NCBI GenBank assembly: GCA_000004985.1
Contig: GG738914.1
DNA: 64,000 nucleotides
Source: Naegleria gruberi
Taxonomy: Eukaryota
Reading direction: 5' to 3' (one strand)
Numbering within the stretch: the first letter of the stretch is position 1; every line of letters begins with the position of its first letter. The position numbers and the translations under genes were made by a program. This document shows positions 35,210 to 46,091 of the stretch, in pieces. The notes under the pieces are model-generated. The model saw only the letters and a program-made list of their open reading frames with translations. It searched no databases and had not been told where the DNA came from.

Positions 35210-36048
35210 TCAATTATCTTCTGGTGGATCTAGATCAATAATATCTCCAACAATATCAAAAATCTGTCTTGCATCATCTCCATAAACAGAGAAGAAAATC
35301 TTACTAAACTCCTCTTCAAATTCATTATCATTAATCTTTGTTCCAAGAACCTTTTCAAGTCCTAAATTCAACGAAAATAGCTTGGTTGCCTCAATATTCG
35401 AATATGTACTTATTGATTGATCCACCTTCCTAACCAGTGGCATATCCCACTGTCTACAACTTGCTTTTTGATTATCCATTTCTGAACTAATCAGTGGAAT
35501 CACCTCTGCCGTCAAGAGACTATGCTCCTCCTCAAGTTCAAGTGATTGTTTCACATAGGGAATTACAAAATTCACTTTCCTAGCCAATGCATGTTTAAAA
35601 CTCGGAAATGATGTATCAGCTCTCTGATAGAATTTCAATGTAGTATTAACCAATTCATCATCATCACTAGCTCCCACACCAGAAAATCCTATATTATTAT
35701 TATGTGTGATGAAGTCCTTTTGGATGAATTATGATCACCAATAAAAAGAACAGGAGTGTTGTTAGATGATGAAGTTACAAATCTATTCATTTGCCTAAAT
35801 AATTGATTCCTCTCTTCAACATCCTCAGCGTCCTCAGTTTTATCGTCCTCACCGTAGAAATTATTATTATTAAAATTAGTATTTTGAATAATGGCAGCAG
35901 AAGGTGGCTGTCTACTAGTAACTTCTAAAGTAACATCTTCACCCTCTGTTAGTGCATTGCCCGCATCAGTTGATACATCATCTTCATCATCATCCATAAG
36001 ATTAATCACCTCGTGCTCATTGGATGCCTGCTGCATATTTTTCATCAT
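35210..36048 (-). CDS. hypothetical acidic protein; two ORFs joined either by a 1-nt frameshift or by a 50-nt GT..AG intron (about 35689..35738)
   Basis: ORFs 35689..36048 and 35210..35677 are adjacent on the minus strand. The downstream reading frame is open upstream of its GTG (..ITHNNNIGFSGVGASDDDELVNTT). A 50-nt minus-strand segment (GTGATC...ATATAG) would join them in frame as ..VLFI-G-FSGVGASDDD. Confidence 0.5.
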
Positions 36049-36165
36049 ACAGGTTATAGCAACAACGCAAACTTTTTTGAGTTCGGAATCTACGAGCCGA
36101 TTACATAAGAATTTTGTATAAGAATCGTTGTATTTTTAGAATCAAAACTTCCTGTTCCTAAAAAA

Positions 36166-38922
36166 ATGTTGGCACGTATGAAAGAGCACAAGCATGCTAG
36201 CCAACAGCAACAACAAGCAAATTCCCAACAACAACAACAAACAACGAATAGTACTACTGTTTCTACTACTACAACTCCCAATTCTTCCAATTCTACCTCT
36301 CCAGCAACTACGAATACATCCTCTCTAAATTCACTAGCCTCTTCTATCCAGTCAACACAAAATCCTTCTCCAGTGATTGTAGGTACTGGTAGCAGCAGCA
36401 ATAATAACAGTCAAACAACATCCTCATTGCTGACAACAGCAGCAACATCTATTGGTAGTCTTGGAGGAGGCGGTTTGCAAAATTATGATGATGATAACAA
36501 TAGCAAGAAGAGAAGTTTCCAAGAGATGGAACAAACAAGTTCTTCATATTCTCGTACTGACGACTCTAGCAAGTTTAACAAATCTTCTCATCCAAGCAAT
36601 CCTTCAAACCTTCATCACTATGATGAGAATAATGATGAAGATGATGAAGATTTAGACCTTTCTACAACAACAACATCTTCATACAACAAGCCACCACCAA
36701 CACACCAACAAGGTTCATCCTCCTCTTCGACTCATTCTGCTTATCCATCTCATTTCTCCAGCAGCAATAACCGTCCAGTTGCTCCTCCTTCCAAAGTCCT
36801 CCTCTTTTCGAACCTTCCACCAAATTGCCAAAAATCAGAATTGTTAGAATTTGATACCTTCAATGAGTGTAAATTCCAAAAGGTTTTCCTCTTCAAACAA
36901 CCAGCTCCAAGTGGTCCAAATAGACACAACAACAAGAAGAGAAAACGTGATGGTTATTTGGCATTTGTCGAATTTGAAAGCGTTGAGAAGGCACAAATGT
37001 TTCTAGACAAGTTTGAAGGACAAAAGATAAAGATTAGAAACAGAACCGCCTACCTCAAGTTCTCTGAAAAACAACAATTGGAAGGTACTCCTGGAGGATT
37101 GACCATGAATGTTAATGAAGACTTGAACACAGTACCTGTTAGCAAGACTGTTGTAAATACCAATAACGCAACCATTATACATATTACATTTACTCATTGC
37201 GATGAGTATAATTATCCCCTCAACGTTGATTTACTCTTTAATTTATTCAGCAAGTTTGGAACCATTGAAAAGATTAATATTTTCATCAAGAATGAACTCA
37301 CCCAATCACTTGTTCAATTCAAGTCAGACACTGAAGCAACAGAAGCTGTCAAGGAAATGGAAGGTGTTTTTGTCTATCCAGAGATGAAACTTTATAGAAT
37401 GAATATTCAATTCAGCAAAAAGTCACGTGAAGAACTTTTAATCAAGGAGACTAACCATAGAAATAGAGACTATGTTGTTCATCCAATGCGTTCTCAGAAA
37501 CCATATGATGGTAGTGGCAGCAGCATGAGATACAACAACAATACTCCTTCTAATAATCACTATGCTCCTCCACCTGAAGACCCATACTATGTCTCTGAAT
37601 CATCGAATAGCAATTCTCCAGACAGAAGAATTCCTGGTAATGATATGGATGAAATGATGCACAATAGAAGAAAATCACCTCCTCCATACATGTCATCACG
37701 TGATTCTTACCCTTCTCATCATTTTGCTCAACCATCCTATAATAATTATCCACCTCCATCTTCTTATTATCCACCACCATCATCTAGTTCTAATGGTGCC
37801 ATGATGATACCACCACCATCATCAATGCATTCATACAATGGTCCAAACGATTATATGGGCTCATCAGGTTTCCCTCCAATGGGTGGACCACCTCCAATGC
37901 CTCCTCAACATCACGGAGTGCCACAGCCTCATCATGGTCATCCTCAACAATTCCCTCCACCTCCTTCTTATTCATCAAACGGAGTACCACCTCCAATGCA
38001 CATGCCAATGTTCCCTCCAGGTACTTGTGTTGTTATTGTTAAGAATCTTCCAGTCCAATGTACATGTGATCATTTATTCGTTCTGTTTGGCCTCTATGGT
38101 GATGTTATCAAAGTTAGTATTAGTTTATCTAAGAAGGATCACAAGACTCCATACATGGCTTTTATTCAATTCAAGTATCCACACGAGGTTGGTAATGCTC
38201 TCCGTTTCCTAGGTGCTCCATTCTATCCAACTTTCAACAAGTATACACCTGGAAATACACCTATTTCCAGTGGGTCCACTCTATTTGGAAAAGAGTTACA
38301 TATTGAACCATCTTTCCGTATTTTTGACATTATTCCTCCAAGATCATCAAAGTCAAAGGAAAATGACGGTTCAAAGGATATTTTATTTAGATCCTATGAA
38401 AACTCTCCTCTTCATCGCTTTACTCCTAGACAAGGTACTCAAGAAAGTTACCAAGCCAACATGAAGAAGCTTATGAACATTTGTCCTCCTTCTCCTGTTC
38501 TTCATATCAGTAATGTATCAGGAACAACAACTGAGGATAAGATTAGAAGAGAAATTGACAAATTGTTCGAATCACCAAATCAAAGAAAGCAAAAGTCAAG
38601 AATTGTGGACTTTAAATTCATCGACTACAAGAAAACTCAAACATCTGATCATAAAATGAAAGAAAAGAAATCAGCAATCATCGAAATGGATAGTATTGAT
38701 GCAGCAACTACTGTTTTAGTTGAATTGCATGATATTTCCATTGATTCTCATCACTTGAACATCAAGTTTAGCAACAGAAGTGGCAGTCAATCCTCGTCAC
38801 AAAGCCACTATGATTCATACTACCAAAATGATCAAAGATCCAACAACAATAGACCACCAAGAAGAAGTAGTGATAGAATGCCTCAACAAGACACAATGAT
38901 GGGAGAAAATCAGGATAATTAG
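36166..38922 (+). CDS. PTB / hnRNP-L-like RNA-binding protein with four RRMs and long low-complexity regions
   Basis: ATG at 36166. The N-terminus is poly-Q/S/T. RRM-like blocks are present (GYLAFVEFESVEKAQMFLDKFEGQKI; LVQFKSDTEATEAVKEMEGVFVY; CVVIVKNLPVQCTCDHLFVLFGLYGDVIKVSISLSKKDHKTPYMAFIQFKY, which resembles PTB RRM3; PSPVLHISNVSGTTTEDKIRREIDKLF, which resembles PTB RRM4). A Pro/Tyr-rich linker separates them. Confidence 0.8.
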   Translation: MLARMKEHKHASQQQQQANSQQQQQTTNSTTVSTTTTPNSSNSTSPATTNTSSLNSLASSIQSTQNPSPVIVGTGSSSNNNSQTTSSLLTTAATSIGSLGGGGLQNYDDDNNSKKRSFQEMEQTSSSYSRTDDSSKFNKSSHPSNPSNLHHYDENNDEDDEDLDLSTTTTSSYNKPPPTHQQGSSSSSTHSAYPSHFSSSNNRPVAPPSKVLLFSNLPPNCQKSELLEFDTFNECKFQKVFLFKQPAPSGPNRHNNKKRKRDGYLAFVEFESVEKAQMFLDKFEGQKIKIRNRTAYLKFSEKQQLEGTPGGLTMNVNEDLNTVPVSKTVVNTNNATIIHITFTHCDEYNYPLNVDLLFNLFSKFGTIEKINIFIKNELTQSLVQFKSDTEATEAVKEMEGVFVYPEMKLYRMNIQFSKKSREELLIKETNHRNRDYVVHPMRSQKPYDGSGSSMRYNNNTPSNNHYAPPPEDPYYVSESSNSNSPDRRIPGNDMDEMMHNRRKSPPPYMSSRDSYPSHHFAQPSYNNYPPPSSYYPPPSSSSNGAMMIPPPSSMHSYNGPNDYMGSSGFPPMGGPPPMPPQHHGVPQPHHGHPQQFPPPPSYSSNGVPPPMHMPMFPPGTCVVIVKNLPVQCTCDHLFVLFGLYGDVIKVSISLSKKDHKTPYMAFIQFKYPHEVGNALRFLGAPFYPTFNKYTPGNTPISSGSTLFGKELHIEPSFRIFDIIPPRSSKSKENDGSKDILFRSYENSPLHRFTPRQGTQESYQANMKKLMNICPPSPVLHISNVSGTTTEDKIRREIDKLFESPNQRKQKSRIVDFKFIDYKKTQTSDHKMKEKKSAIIEMDSIDAATTVLVELHDISIDSHHLNIKFSNRSGSQSSSQSHYDSYYQNDQRSNNNRPPRRSSDRMPQQDTMMGENQDN

Positions 38923-39316
38923 TCTCATCACACTCCTCTCACAACACTCAACATTCATATCCTTCACACATTTGTGCCTCTTCTTTTCGTCAAATCTTGA
39001 TGATCAACTTCTTCATCTCATTAAAACACTTTAAAATTTCAAAAATCCCTCTAAGCTTCATAACATCTTTTCATTCCTTCTTTCAAAATAGCCATTAACG
39101 GCAATATCCTCTTTTTGTTAGGTAAGGAATATTTGGAACACAACACCCAATTGCTTTTTTTATTTATTAAATAAATCTAAGTTATCTGCTCTCGATTGAG
39201 AGGATAGTTTTATCAAGGATGATTCGAATATGTTCATCCTCAAATGATTCTGTATTTAATAGCCGCAAGTTTCTCCGAAACTAATCAGGAACTAAACATT
39301 AAAAAAATAGCAAAAC

Positions 39317-40774
39317 ATGAAGAGGTCTGCCTTCGAAATTTCCACCACCAAACAACAGCAACCCACAAGCAATTGTGCAGAAGAACAAGCAAACAAGAGG
39401 AGACATTTCTCTCCAGAACTATCACTTTCCACATTGGATGCATTACCACTTCACACGATTTTCTTTTTCCTTTACAATGATTTATCATCACAATTAGCAC
39501 TCTATGGAACCTGTGCTAATTTTACGATATTTGTCAAAAGTGAAAAGCAAATTCCTTTGAATGGAGTGTTGCAACTCAAGAAATTCACACAGGAAAATCC
39601 TGATATTTCCTTGATTACTTTACATTATAGAATGTGTGGATTGTTTCAGCAATATGCATGGCTACATGATTATTCCATTTTCGAATTTCCAAAATTAGCA
39701 AAAGATTTACCTCAATCCTTGATGGAACATTGTAAGAATGGATTGATTCAAGCTGTTTATGCATATCGTAGTGAGTTTTATGGAGGAGGATTTACATATT
39801 TGGAAGTTGCTGTAAAGAAGGTCAATTCTGATGAGAAGATTAGTTTGAAATTTAGTGAATTGAAAACTATTCATGGAAGAGATTTTCAAGTTGTTAGATC
39901 TTTGGATGTTTCAATTGATAACACAAGAGTTTTCAATCGAAGAGGCATTACTGATCTGGAGGCCTTGGATGAATTGACTCAAAATGTAGAAATTTGTAAG
40001 GAGATGAAAGGCATTGAATTATTGAACTCATTGTTCAGTATTTCTATGAATGAAAAGAAAATTTCTAAAGAATCTCGGCCATCACTCTACCCAAGATTTG
40101 CAAGAGAGCACGAGACAATTATTGACACATTTATGAGTGAAGTTGTTGATGTAAAGGATGTGGATTCTTTCTCATCAATTTGTGAATTGGTTTCAATTAC
40201 TGAAAATTTATGTCGTGTGAAAAAGAGAGAAGAGGATGTTAATGAAGAAGAAGAAATAACAAAAGATGATGAAGAAAATCCCAATAAGGAAGCAGAATTT
40301 GATTTGTTTGAATTTGTGGCACTTGTTAAACACAATATCAATTATTTATATTATGATGGGTACAGTAACTATAGTACTGCCTATATTGATTGTAATTTGA
40401 AAAGAAAGGATAATGGAGAGATTGTTTCTGTTTCTGTAACTGCAATTGTTGGACCAAGCTATACTGGAATAGGTGTAGAGTTGGATATGTTGGTCAATGG
40501 TGAACTGGCTCTAACATTCAAAATGGAAGAAGGAAGTGTCAAACCAAGCAAAAAACAAGACTGTTTTGAAACTTTTGTTGAGAGTTTTAAAACTTCCAAA
40601 AATCCAAATGAATTTGCTGCTGACATGTTAGAATTCAGTATTTCCAAGCCAAAATGGGCTGTTTATTCTCTTTATGATATGGAAAATTATAAAACTGGAA
40701 TCACAACAGAAAATGGTTATCCAATAGAGTTTATTTCTGAAGTATTGGAATTTTTCTGTGAAAAAACTGAATAG
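39317..40774 (+). CDS. hypothetical protein (485 aa)
   Basis: ATG at 39317. Intronless ORF containing an acidic KKREEDVNEEEEITKDDEENPNKEAEFD stretch. No recognised domain. Confidence 0.55.
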   Translation: MKRSAFEISTTKQQQPTSNCAEEQANKRRHFSPELSLSTLDALPLHTIFFFLYNDLSSQLALYGTCANFTIFVKSEKQIPLNGVLQLKKFTQENPDISLITLHYRMCGLFQQYAWLHDYSIFEFPKLAKDLPQSLMEHCKNGLIQAVYAYRSEFYGGGFTYLEVAVKKVNSDEKISLKFSELKTIHGRDFQVVRSLDVSIDNTRVFNRRGITDLEALDELTQNVEICKEMKGIELLNSLFSISMNEKKISKESRPSLYPRFAREHETIIDTFMSEVVDVKDVDSFSSICELVSITENLCRVKKREEDVNEEEEITKDDEENPNKEAEFDLFEFVALVKHNINYLYYDGYSNYSTAYIDCNLKRKDNGEIVSVSVTAIVGPSYTGIGVELDMLVNGELALTFKMEEGSVKPSKKQDCFETFVESFKTSKNPNEFAADMLEFSISKPKWAVYSLYDMENYKTGITTENGYPIEFISEVLEFFCEKTE

Positions 40775-40827
40775 AAATATCACATTGTAACTGATAAAAC
40801 AAATGACTCTGTTTTCTATTATATTTT

Positions 40828-43800
40828 TTAATCAAGATAACTTCTAAACGCACAACAAATACCATTAATCAATCCAACGTGATTGAGGTAAGCTGTGTGG
40901 TTCATCTTTTTGGTCATTCTATCTATAATTGAGGCGTTAATCTTCTTCTTTTTGGAACCATCAAAGGCCTCTTCCTTTTCATCTTCACTACTATCGTCTC
41001 CAGTTTCTGGTTTCATAAAGGAATAAGTTCCAATAGACGAAACATCTTCATATAAATCACCAGAGTTATGCTTCTTATTAAAAACCTGTACAGATGAGTA
41101 TTCCTTCTTTTCACTCTTACTGAAAAGATTACTCATATCGCATTTGCATCTGATAATTTTCACATAGGAGAAGGTTTCCTGAAGATTGGAAATCATTCTC
41201 TCCAGAACATCTTTGGAAGACTTTTTCTTGTTACTCTTCTTTCCAAATGAAATGTTATCAGACCAAATCAATGCAGACTCAATTGGAACGTATGTGTCTT
41301 GTTCTGATCCAATCAGCAAGACTTGTTTGAACCATGACAAATCGTTTGTCATTGAAAGTTTAAATAGCAAGCATTGTTCTAACTTGTGGCTTTCATAATT
41401 GGTCTTGTTATCTTTCGAATCTTTTACATCAGAATGATCCTCCATGGATAATTCTTGTAAACATTTCTCCTTTTTAAAGGATTTCAAAAACCAAATTCCA
41501 GCCCTTACTAAATTATTGGAGGCAAAACTCTCGTTATCCTTGTTAATCAGTGTTTTAATTGGACCAATACCAAGGTGAGGCACCGACAAACTCACAAAGG
41601 TATGCAAGTATGGAAAGACAGTTTTCCAGCTTGGTCTAAAGTAATAGAAGGCTGATCTCATAATTATTCCACCAAGTGAGTGGCAAATGAAACTAACTTT
41701 GTGGAAGAAGATTTCATTTTCCTGAATCATTTGAGTAATTTCATCAGTTACTAGTTTGGCCATTATTTTGATTGGTGCATTGTGGAGCTCACTTGAAGTA
41801 TCTTTAGTGTGCAGCTTATCAAGAGATTTGACAATATAAAACTGGTGTCTATCATCTGGGAAGTGAAGGCCAAGGATTGTTTTAAATGTAACAAAATCGT
41901 AATGACTGGACTTGTAGCCAGGGATAAAGATAATTAAGTGATTCTTTGTAAGTGCTCCAGCATCTACCTTTTCTCCAACCAATAGTCCTTTCTTTTCAAT
42001 TTCTCTATATTCATCCTTGGGTATTAATTGTGGTTCAAGATCATCACCCATTATATCGGCCACTGAAAACAATGGCTCTGCTGGCTCTGAAACTTCTGAA
42101 ATTAAACTAAACTTGGAAAATCTTGGATAGAAAAATAAATTATTATCAATCAAATTATCAATTGAGGTGGTGATACATGTCTTTTCAGGGTACGGATCAT
42201 TAATAATGGAACCTCCAAACACGGATTGATTACATTGGTCACTATCTCCATTCCAAAACTTTTCAAATCTTTGTATAAAATGTTTTTCCAAGTTATCTAC
42301 CAAAGTTTTAGGATCGTTCACTATGGTGTTTTGTTGACAATACCATAAATCTTCAATACTCTCAAGAATTGGTGTAAATTTGGTGATAATAAGATCTGGA
42401 ATTAGTTCAACATTTCCAACAGACTCAATGAGAGCACTCAGCTCGTCTAAAAATTGTTCCACTTCCTTGTTTTCTTTTCTTTCCAATATATGATGGTATT
42501 GATTTGATAATCCACTTGTGGAGGCAAGCTCTCTTAATGAATTTGTTGTTGGCATTGGTGGTTGAGTATTTCTTGTTGTTGTGTTACCACTTGCTGTTGA
42601 TAGATTCAGAGTTGGTAACACTGGTGATGACAAACTTTGAATTTTTGAATGAATATCAGAGTAGGATTTTCTTCTCTTTCCTGAAAGGGGAACCTTTTTC
42701 GATGGGGAGGGAGGAACCTCAGAATCAGTAGGTGAAACAATATTAAGTTCTGGAATATCAGATACGGAAATTGATGTGCTGGAGGATACATTCATAGTAC
42801 TTGCTGATTTGTCAATGTTGTTCGACTTCTTCTCTTCTCCTATTGTCATGAGCGATATTCTTGAACCCATGAGGCAATTGAGAATCTCCTTTGTGATTTC
42901 CAGAGTGTAAGCCACAATTTCCTTCTTTTTCCACCTCCTATTTCTTTTCAACAAACTTGGAAAGAGAATGTTCAGTATCTTGATTAAATTCTTCTCGTAG
43001 GACGAAATATTAGAGAACCAAGTCTCATCGAATTCAGTCTCTGGATCCTTATTCTCCTCAATTTCAATTACAGGTGATGAGCAACTCATCTTTGATGCAA
43101 CCACTTCCTGATTCTTCAAAAACGTAAAATCTTCCAATGACCTTGGAATATCACTGCCGTACGAAACGTCAATCATTACACAATGGATTGAAGACTTTAC
43201 AATACTGTAATACCAATTTTCAAAGATGGCTGGATAGGCAATATTGTATCCTCTCATTGCTTTTCTAATGGTGATTGTTCTGTCTGCAACTTTTACAAAA
43301 TCATTGACATCCAATTGTTTGATCTTGTATTCGTACTTGTTTGAGTGCATTGCCTTCTCGAATTTCTTTTCCTCTCGTTGAACTTCTTCCTTATCCTTCG
43401 GAAGATGAAATAATTGAAAATCAATATCAATTAAATTATGCTTTAACAAAATTGCAATATCTGCAGTAAAATCAAAGATGAAAACCTCATTCAATAAAAC
43501 CTCTTGTTCTCTATATCTGATATAGAAAACTTGACTCAGTTTTGAATTGTTATAAACTCTTGTTGTCTCTTCCTTAACAGTTTGATTCATACTCAAATCA
43601 ATACCATTCCTCATCAATGATTGACTCAGAACAGTAGCATTCGGTGGTGTTGGAGGACTGGTTATTATTGCTGTTGAATCCACAAAACGAACAGAAAAGT
43701 CCGAGGCTGAATTATTATTTACATGATTAGCATCATATTTGCCACTTCTTCCATCCTTTGATGAATGCAAAATAAAGGAATTAATATGAAAATCCGATAA

Positions 43801-44070
43801 GGAAGCATCAATAGATCCATCATGATGTAAATTACTATTGCTACAACTACTATGAGAATTATTGTGAGAGGCAGAAGAACCCTTTTTGTATTTATGTTCC
43901 CTACTATGATGATGAAGAGTATTTTCTTCTTGTTGATGATTTCTTCTATTCACCTTTCCAAAACGTGGATTCACCTCCACCCTCACATAATAATAACCCT
44001 TGTGGAGCATTCCCGAGTTGATGAATCTCTCCATATTGACCATCAGCCTTACTTTGCCCTTGAACGTCAT
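40828..44070 (-). CDS. FAM135-like protein with DUF3657 N-terminus and DUF676 putative serine hydrolase domain
   Basis: ATG at 44070. The N-terminus MERFINSGMLHKGYYYVRVEV resembles the DUF3657 start. The C-terminal domain has HLIIFIPGYKSSHYDF...KVSFICHSLGGIIMRSAF, a GHSLGG-type nucleophile elbow of the alpha/beta-hydrolase DUF676 family. Low-complexity linkers separate the domains. Confidence 0.8.
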   Translation of the reverse strand: MTFKGKVRLMVNMERFINSGMLHKGYYYVRVEVNPRFGKVNRRNHQQEENTLHHHSREHKYKKGSSASHNNSHSSCSNSNLHHDGSIDASLSDFHINSFILHSSKDGRSGKYDANHVNNNSASDFSVRFVDSTAIITSPPTPPNATVLSQSLMRNGIDLSMNQTVKEETTRVYNNSKLSQVFYIRYREQEVLLNEVFIFDFTADIAILLKHNLIDIDFQLFHLPKDKEEVQREEKKFEKAMHSNKYEYKIKQLDVNDFVKVADRTITIRKAMRGYNIAYPAIFENWYYSIVKSSIHCVMIDVSYGSDIPRSLEDFTFLKNQEVVASKMSCSSPVIEIEENKDPETEFDETWFSNISSYEKNLIKILNILFPSLLKRNRRWKKKEIVAYTLEITKEILNCLMGSRISLMTIGEEKKSNNIDKSASTMNVSSSTSISVSDIPELNIVSPTDSEVPPSPSKKVPLSGKRRKSYSDIHSKIQSLSSPVLPTLNLSTASGNTTTRNTQPPMPTTNSLRELASTSGLSNQYHHILERKENKEVEQFLDELSALIESVGNVELIPDLIITKFTPILESIEDLWYCQQNTIVNDPKTLVDNLEKHFIQRFEKFWNGDSDQCNQSVFGGSIINDPYPEKTCITTSIDNLIDNNLFFYPRFSKFSLISEVSEPAEPLFSVADIMGDDLEPQLIPKDEYREIEKKGLLVGEKVDAGALTKNHLIIFIPGYKSSHYDFVTFKTILGLHFPDDRHQFYIVKSLDKLHTKDTSSELHNAPIKIMAKLVTDEITQMIQENEIFFHKVSFICHSLGGIIMRSAFYYFRPSWKTVFPYLHTFVSLSVPHLGIGPIKTLINKDNESFASNNLVRAGIWFLKSFKKEKCLQELSMEDHSDVKDSKDNKTNYESHKLEQCLLFKLSMTNDLSWFKQVLLIGSEQDTYVPIESALIWSDNISFGKKSNKKKSSKDVLERMISNLQETFSYVKIIRCKCDMSNLFSKSEKKEYSSVQVFNKKHNSGDLYEDVSSIGTYSFMKPETGDDSSEDEKEEAFDGSKKKKINASIIDRMTKKMNHTAYLNHVGLINGICCAFRSYLD

Positions 44071-44313
44071 GTTGTCTCGTGCTGCTGATTTTTTATTTTC
44101 CTTATTGGCGCGATAATTTTTGAGAGAGTTTATTTGAGATATTTGTCAATGAACAACACGAAGAATGAGGTTTTGAAGGGTTTTGTTTCAAAGTGGGGAA
44201 AATAAGGAACTGGTGTTGATGCCTTAGATTGACAAGCAATGATGGAGCGAAATTTTAAAAGGATGTTGGATGTGGTATGTTCTGATATTTGTTGTTATGG
44301 TATTAAACAAGAA

Positions 44314-44384
44314 GCGTCGATGGTTTAGTGGTAGAATACGGCGTTGCCATCGCCGTGACCCGGGTTCAATTCCCGGTCGACGCA
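44314..44384 (+). tRNA. tRNA-Gly (anticodon GCC)
   Basis: 71 nt. Acceptor GCGTCGA pairs with TCGACGC and the discriminator is A. D-loop is TAGTGGTAGAAT. Anticodon stem GGCG/CGCC carries loop TTGCCAT. T-loop is GGGTTCAATTCCCGG. Confidence 0.9.
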
Positions 44385-44932
44385 TCTGAAAGATATCAAT
44401 TTTTGCTTTTTACTCTTGTAATTGCACTTTCAATTTTTTACTATATAAACTAGACATGTGGGACTATGATTCTTCCAAATATCTCATTCTGATATTTTAT
44501 ATTGATCGAGATAATAACCGCAGTTTTGACCTCATTTTTTTACTTGACTTTTTTAAAGTTGTAAAAAAATAAAATCAATTAGGATTCTGTTCACTATCTT
44601 TCCTCTGTGTAATTACTAGCTATTACTTGATGAAAGGAAACATGAAATTGAAGTCTTCATTCATCTGATATTTATGTATCTTGGTTTCGGTTCCACAAAC
44701 CTGCAAGGTGTTGGCGAGAAGGAAATATTTTGTTTTACCGGAGATGTTTTTTGTTCTTAAAATTGCCCGAGATGAATTTTTTTGAATACGAGAAATTGTT
44801 CATTGCCAAATTTGTTCTCCGATAAGTGAAAATTTAAGGTTTTGGTTGGATCATCATGGATATTGAAAAAACAATAAGAAAAAATAACCCTACTGCTAAT
44901 TTAAACATTATATAATATATTATTGATATAAA

Positions 44933-46030
44933 ATGGCATCTAATTCAATTCCAGCACTTTTTGAACCAATTACCATAAGAGGAATGACCTTAAAGAATAG
45001 AATTGTGGTCGCACCAATGTGTCAATACTCTTGCAATGATGGATTTGCAAATACTTGGCATCAAATTCATGCTACTTCGAGAATTGTTGGTGGAGCTGCA
45101 TTATTCATTATGGAAGCCACAGGAGTTTCGGCCATTGGAAGAATTTCACCTAACTGTTTAGGATTATATAAGGATGAACATGTGGAAATGTTGAAAACCA
45201 TTGTAGATCAATCACATGAATTGGGTGGAAAGATTGGAATTCAATTGGCACATGCTGGACGAAAGGCAAGTTTAGGTAGATTATGGGATAGTGGAAGATT
45301 GGCTTTATCTGAAGATAGAGGTGGTTGGGAAGTTGTCGGTCCATCTGAATTGCAATTTGATGATATTCACAAAATGCCAAGGGAAATTACCATTCCAGAA
45401 ATTGAGGAAACTATTAAGGATTTCATTGAGGCTGCTAAGAGAGCTGTTAAAGCAGGATTTGATGTGATTGAGATTCACGGAGCTCATGGTTATTTGATTC
45501 ACTCGTTCATGTCACCTGTGTCAAATTTGAGAACTGACATGTATGGTGGAAGTTTTGAAAATAGAACGAGATTATTGTTGCAAATTGTTGATGGAGTGCG
45601 AGGTGTTATTCCTGAGGAAATGCCATTGTTTGTGAGATTGTCATGTGAAGATTATATGGAAGAAGGTTGGACAAGTGATGATACTGTCAAAGTTTCACAA
45701 ATTCTCAAAGATCATGGTGTTGATTTGATTGATTGCTCAACCGGTGGAACTAAACCAATTCAAAACGTTCATGGTTTGGTTGTTGAACCTGGTTATCAAG
45801 TTAAATATTCAGTTGCTATCAAGGAAAAGGTTGACATTTTGACAGGAGCTGTTGGTAAATTAGAAGATCCAATTTTGGCCAATAAGGTCATTGAGGAAAA
45901 GAAAGCAGACCTCGTTTTGATTGGTAGAGCCATGATGGGTGATCCTTACTGGGCTTTGAGAGCTGCCAAAACTCTTGGTTATGCCAATGCTGGAATTCCG
46001 CCTCAATACGGTTTCGCCATCAATTTGTAA
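44933..46030 (+). CDS. NADH:flavin oxidoreductase, Old Yellow Enzyme family, YqjM (bacterial thermophilic-like) subclass
   Basis: Intronless. The motifs FEPITIRGMTLKNRIVVAPMCQYS, KIGIQLAHAGRKA, FDVIEIHGAHGYLIHSFMSPVSNLRTDMYGGSFENRTRLL and VDLIDCSTGG match Bacillus YqjM block by block. Confidence 0.9.
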   Translation: MASNSIPALFEPITIRGMTLKNRIVVAPMCQYSCNDGFANTWHQIHATSRIVGGAALFIMEATGVSAIGRISPNCLGLYKDEHVEMLKTIVDQSHELGGKIGIQLAHAGRKASLGRLWDSGRLALSEDRGGWEVVGPSELQFDDIHKMPREITIPEIEETIKDFIEAAKRAVKAGFDVIEIHGAHGYLIHSFMSPVSNLRTDMYGGSFENRTRLLLQIVDGVRGVIPEEMPLFVRLSCEDYMEEGWTSDDTVKVSQILKDHGVDLIDCSTGGTKPIQNVHGLVVEPGYQVKYSVAIKEKVDILTGAVGKLEDPILANKVIEEKKADLVLIGRAMMGDPYWALRAAKTLGYANAGIPPQYGFAINL

Positions 46031-46091
46031 TGTTAAATATTTCAAAAAGTATTCCAATAAATTTAAATTATGAATTCCAAATTATTGTAAA

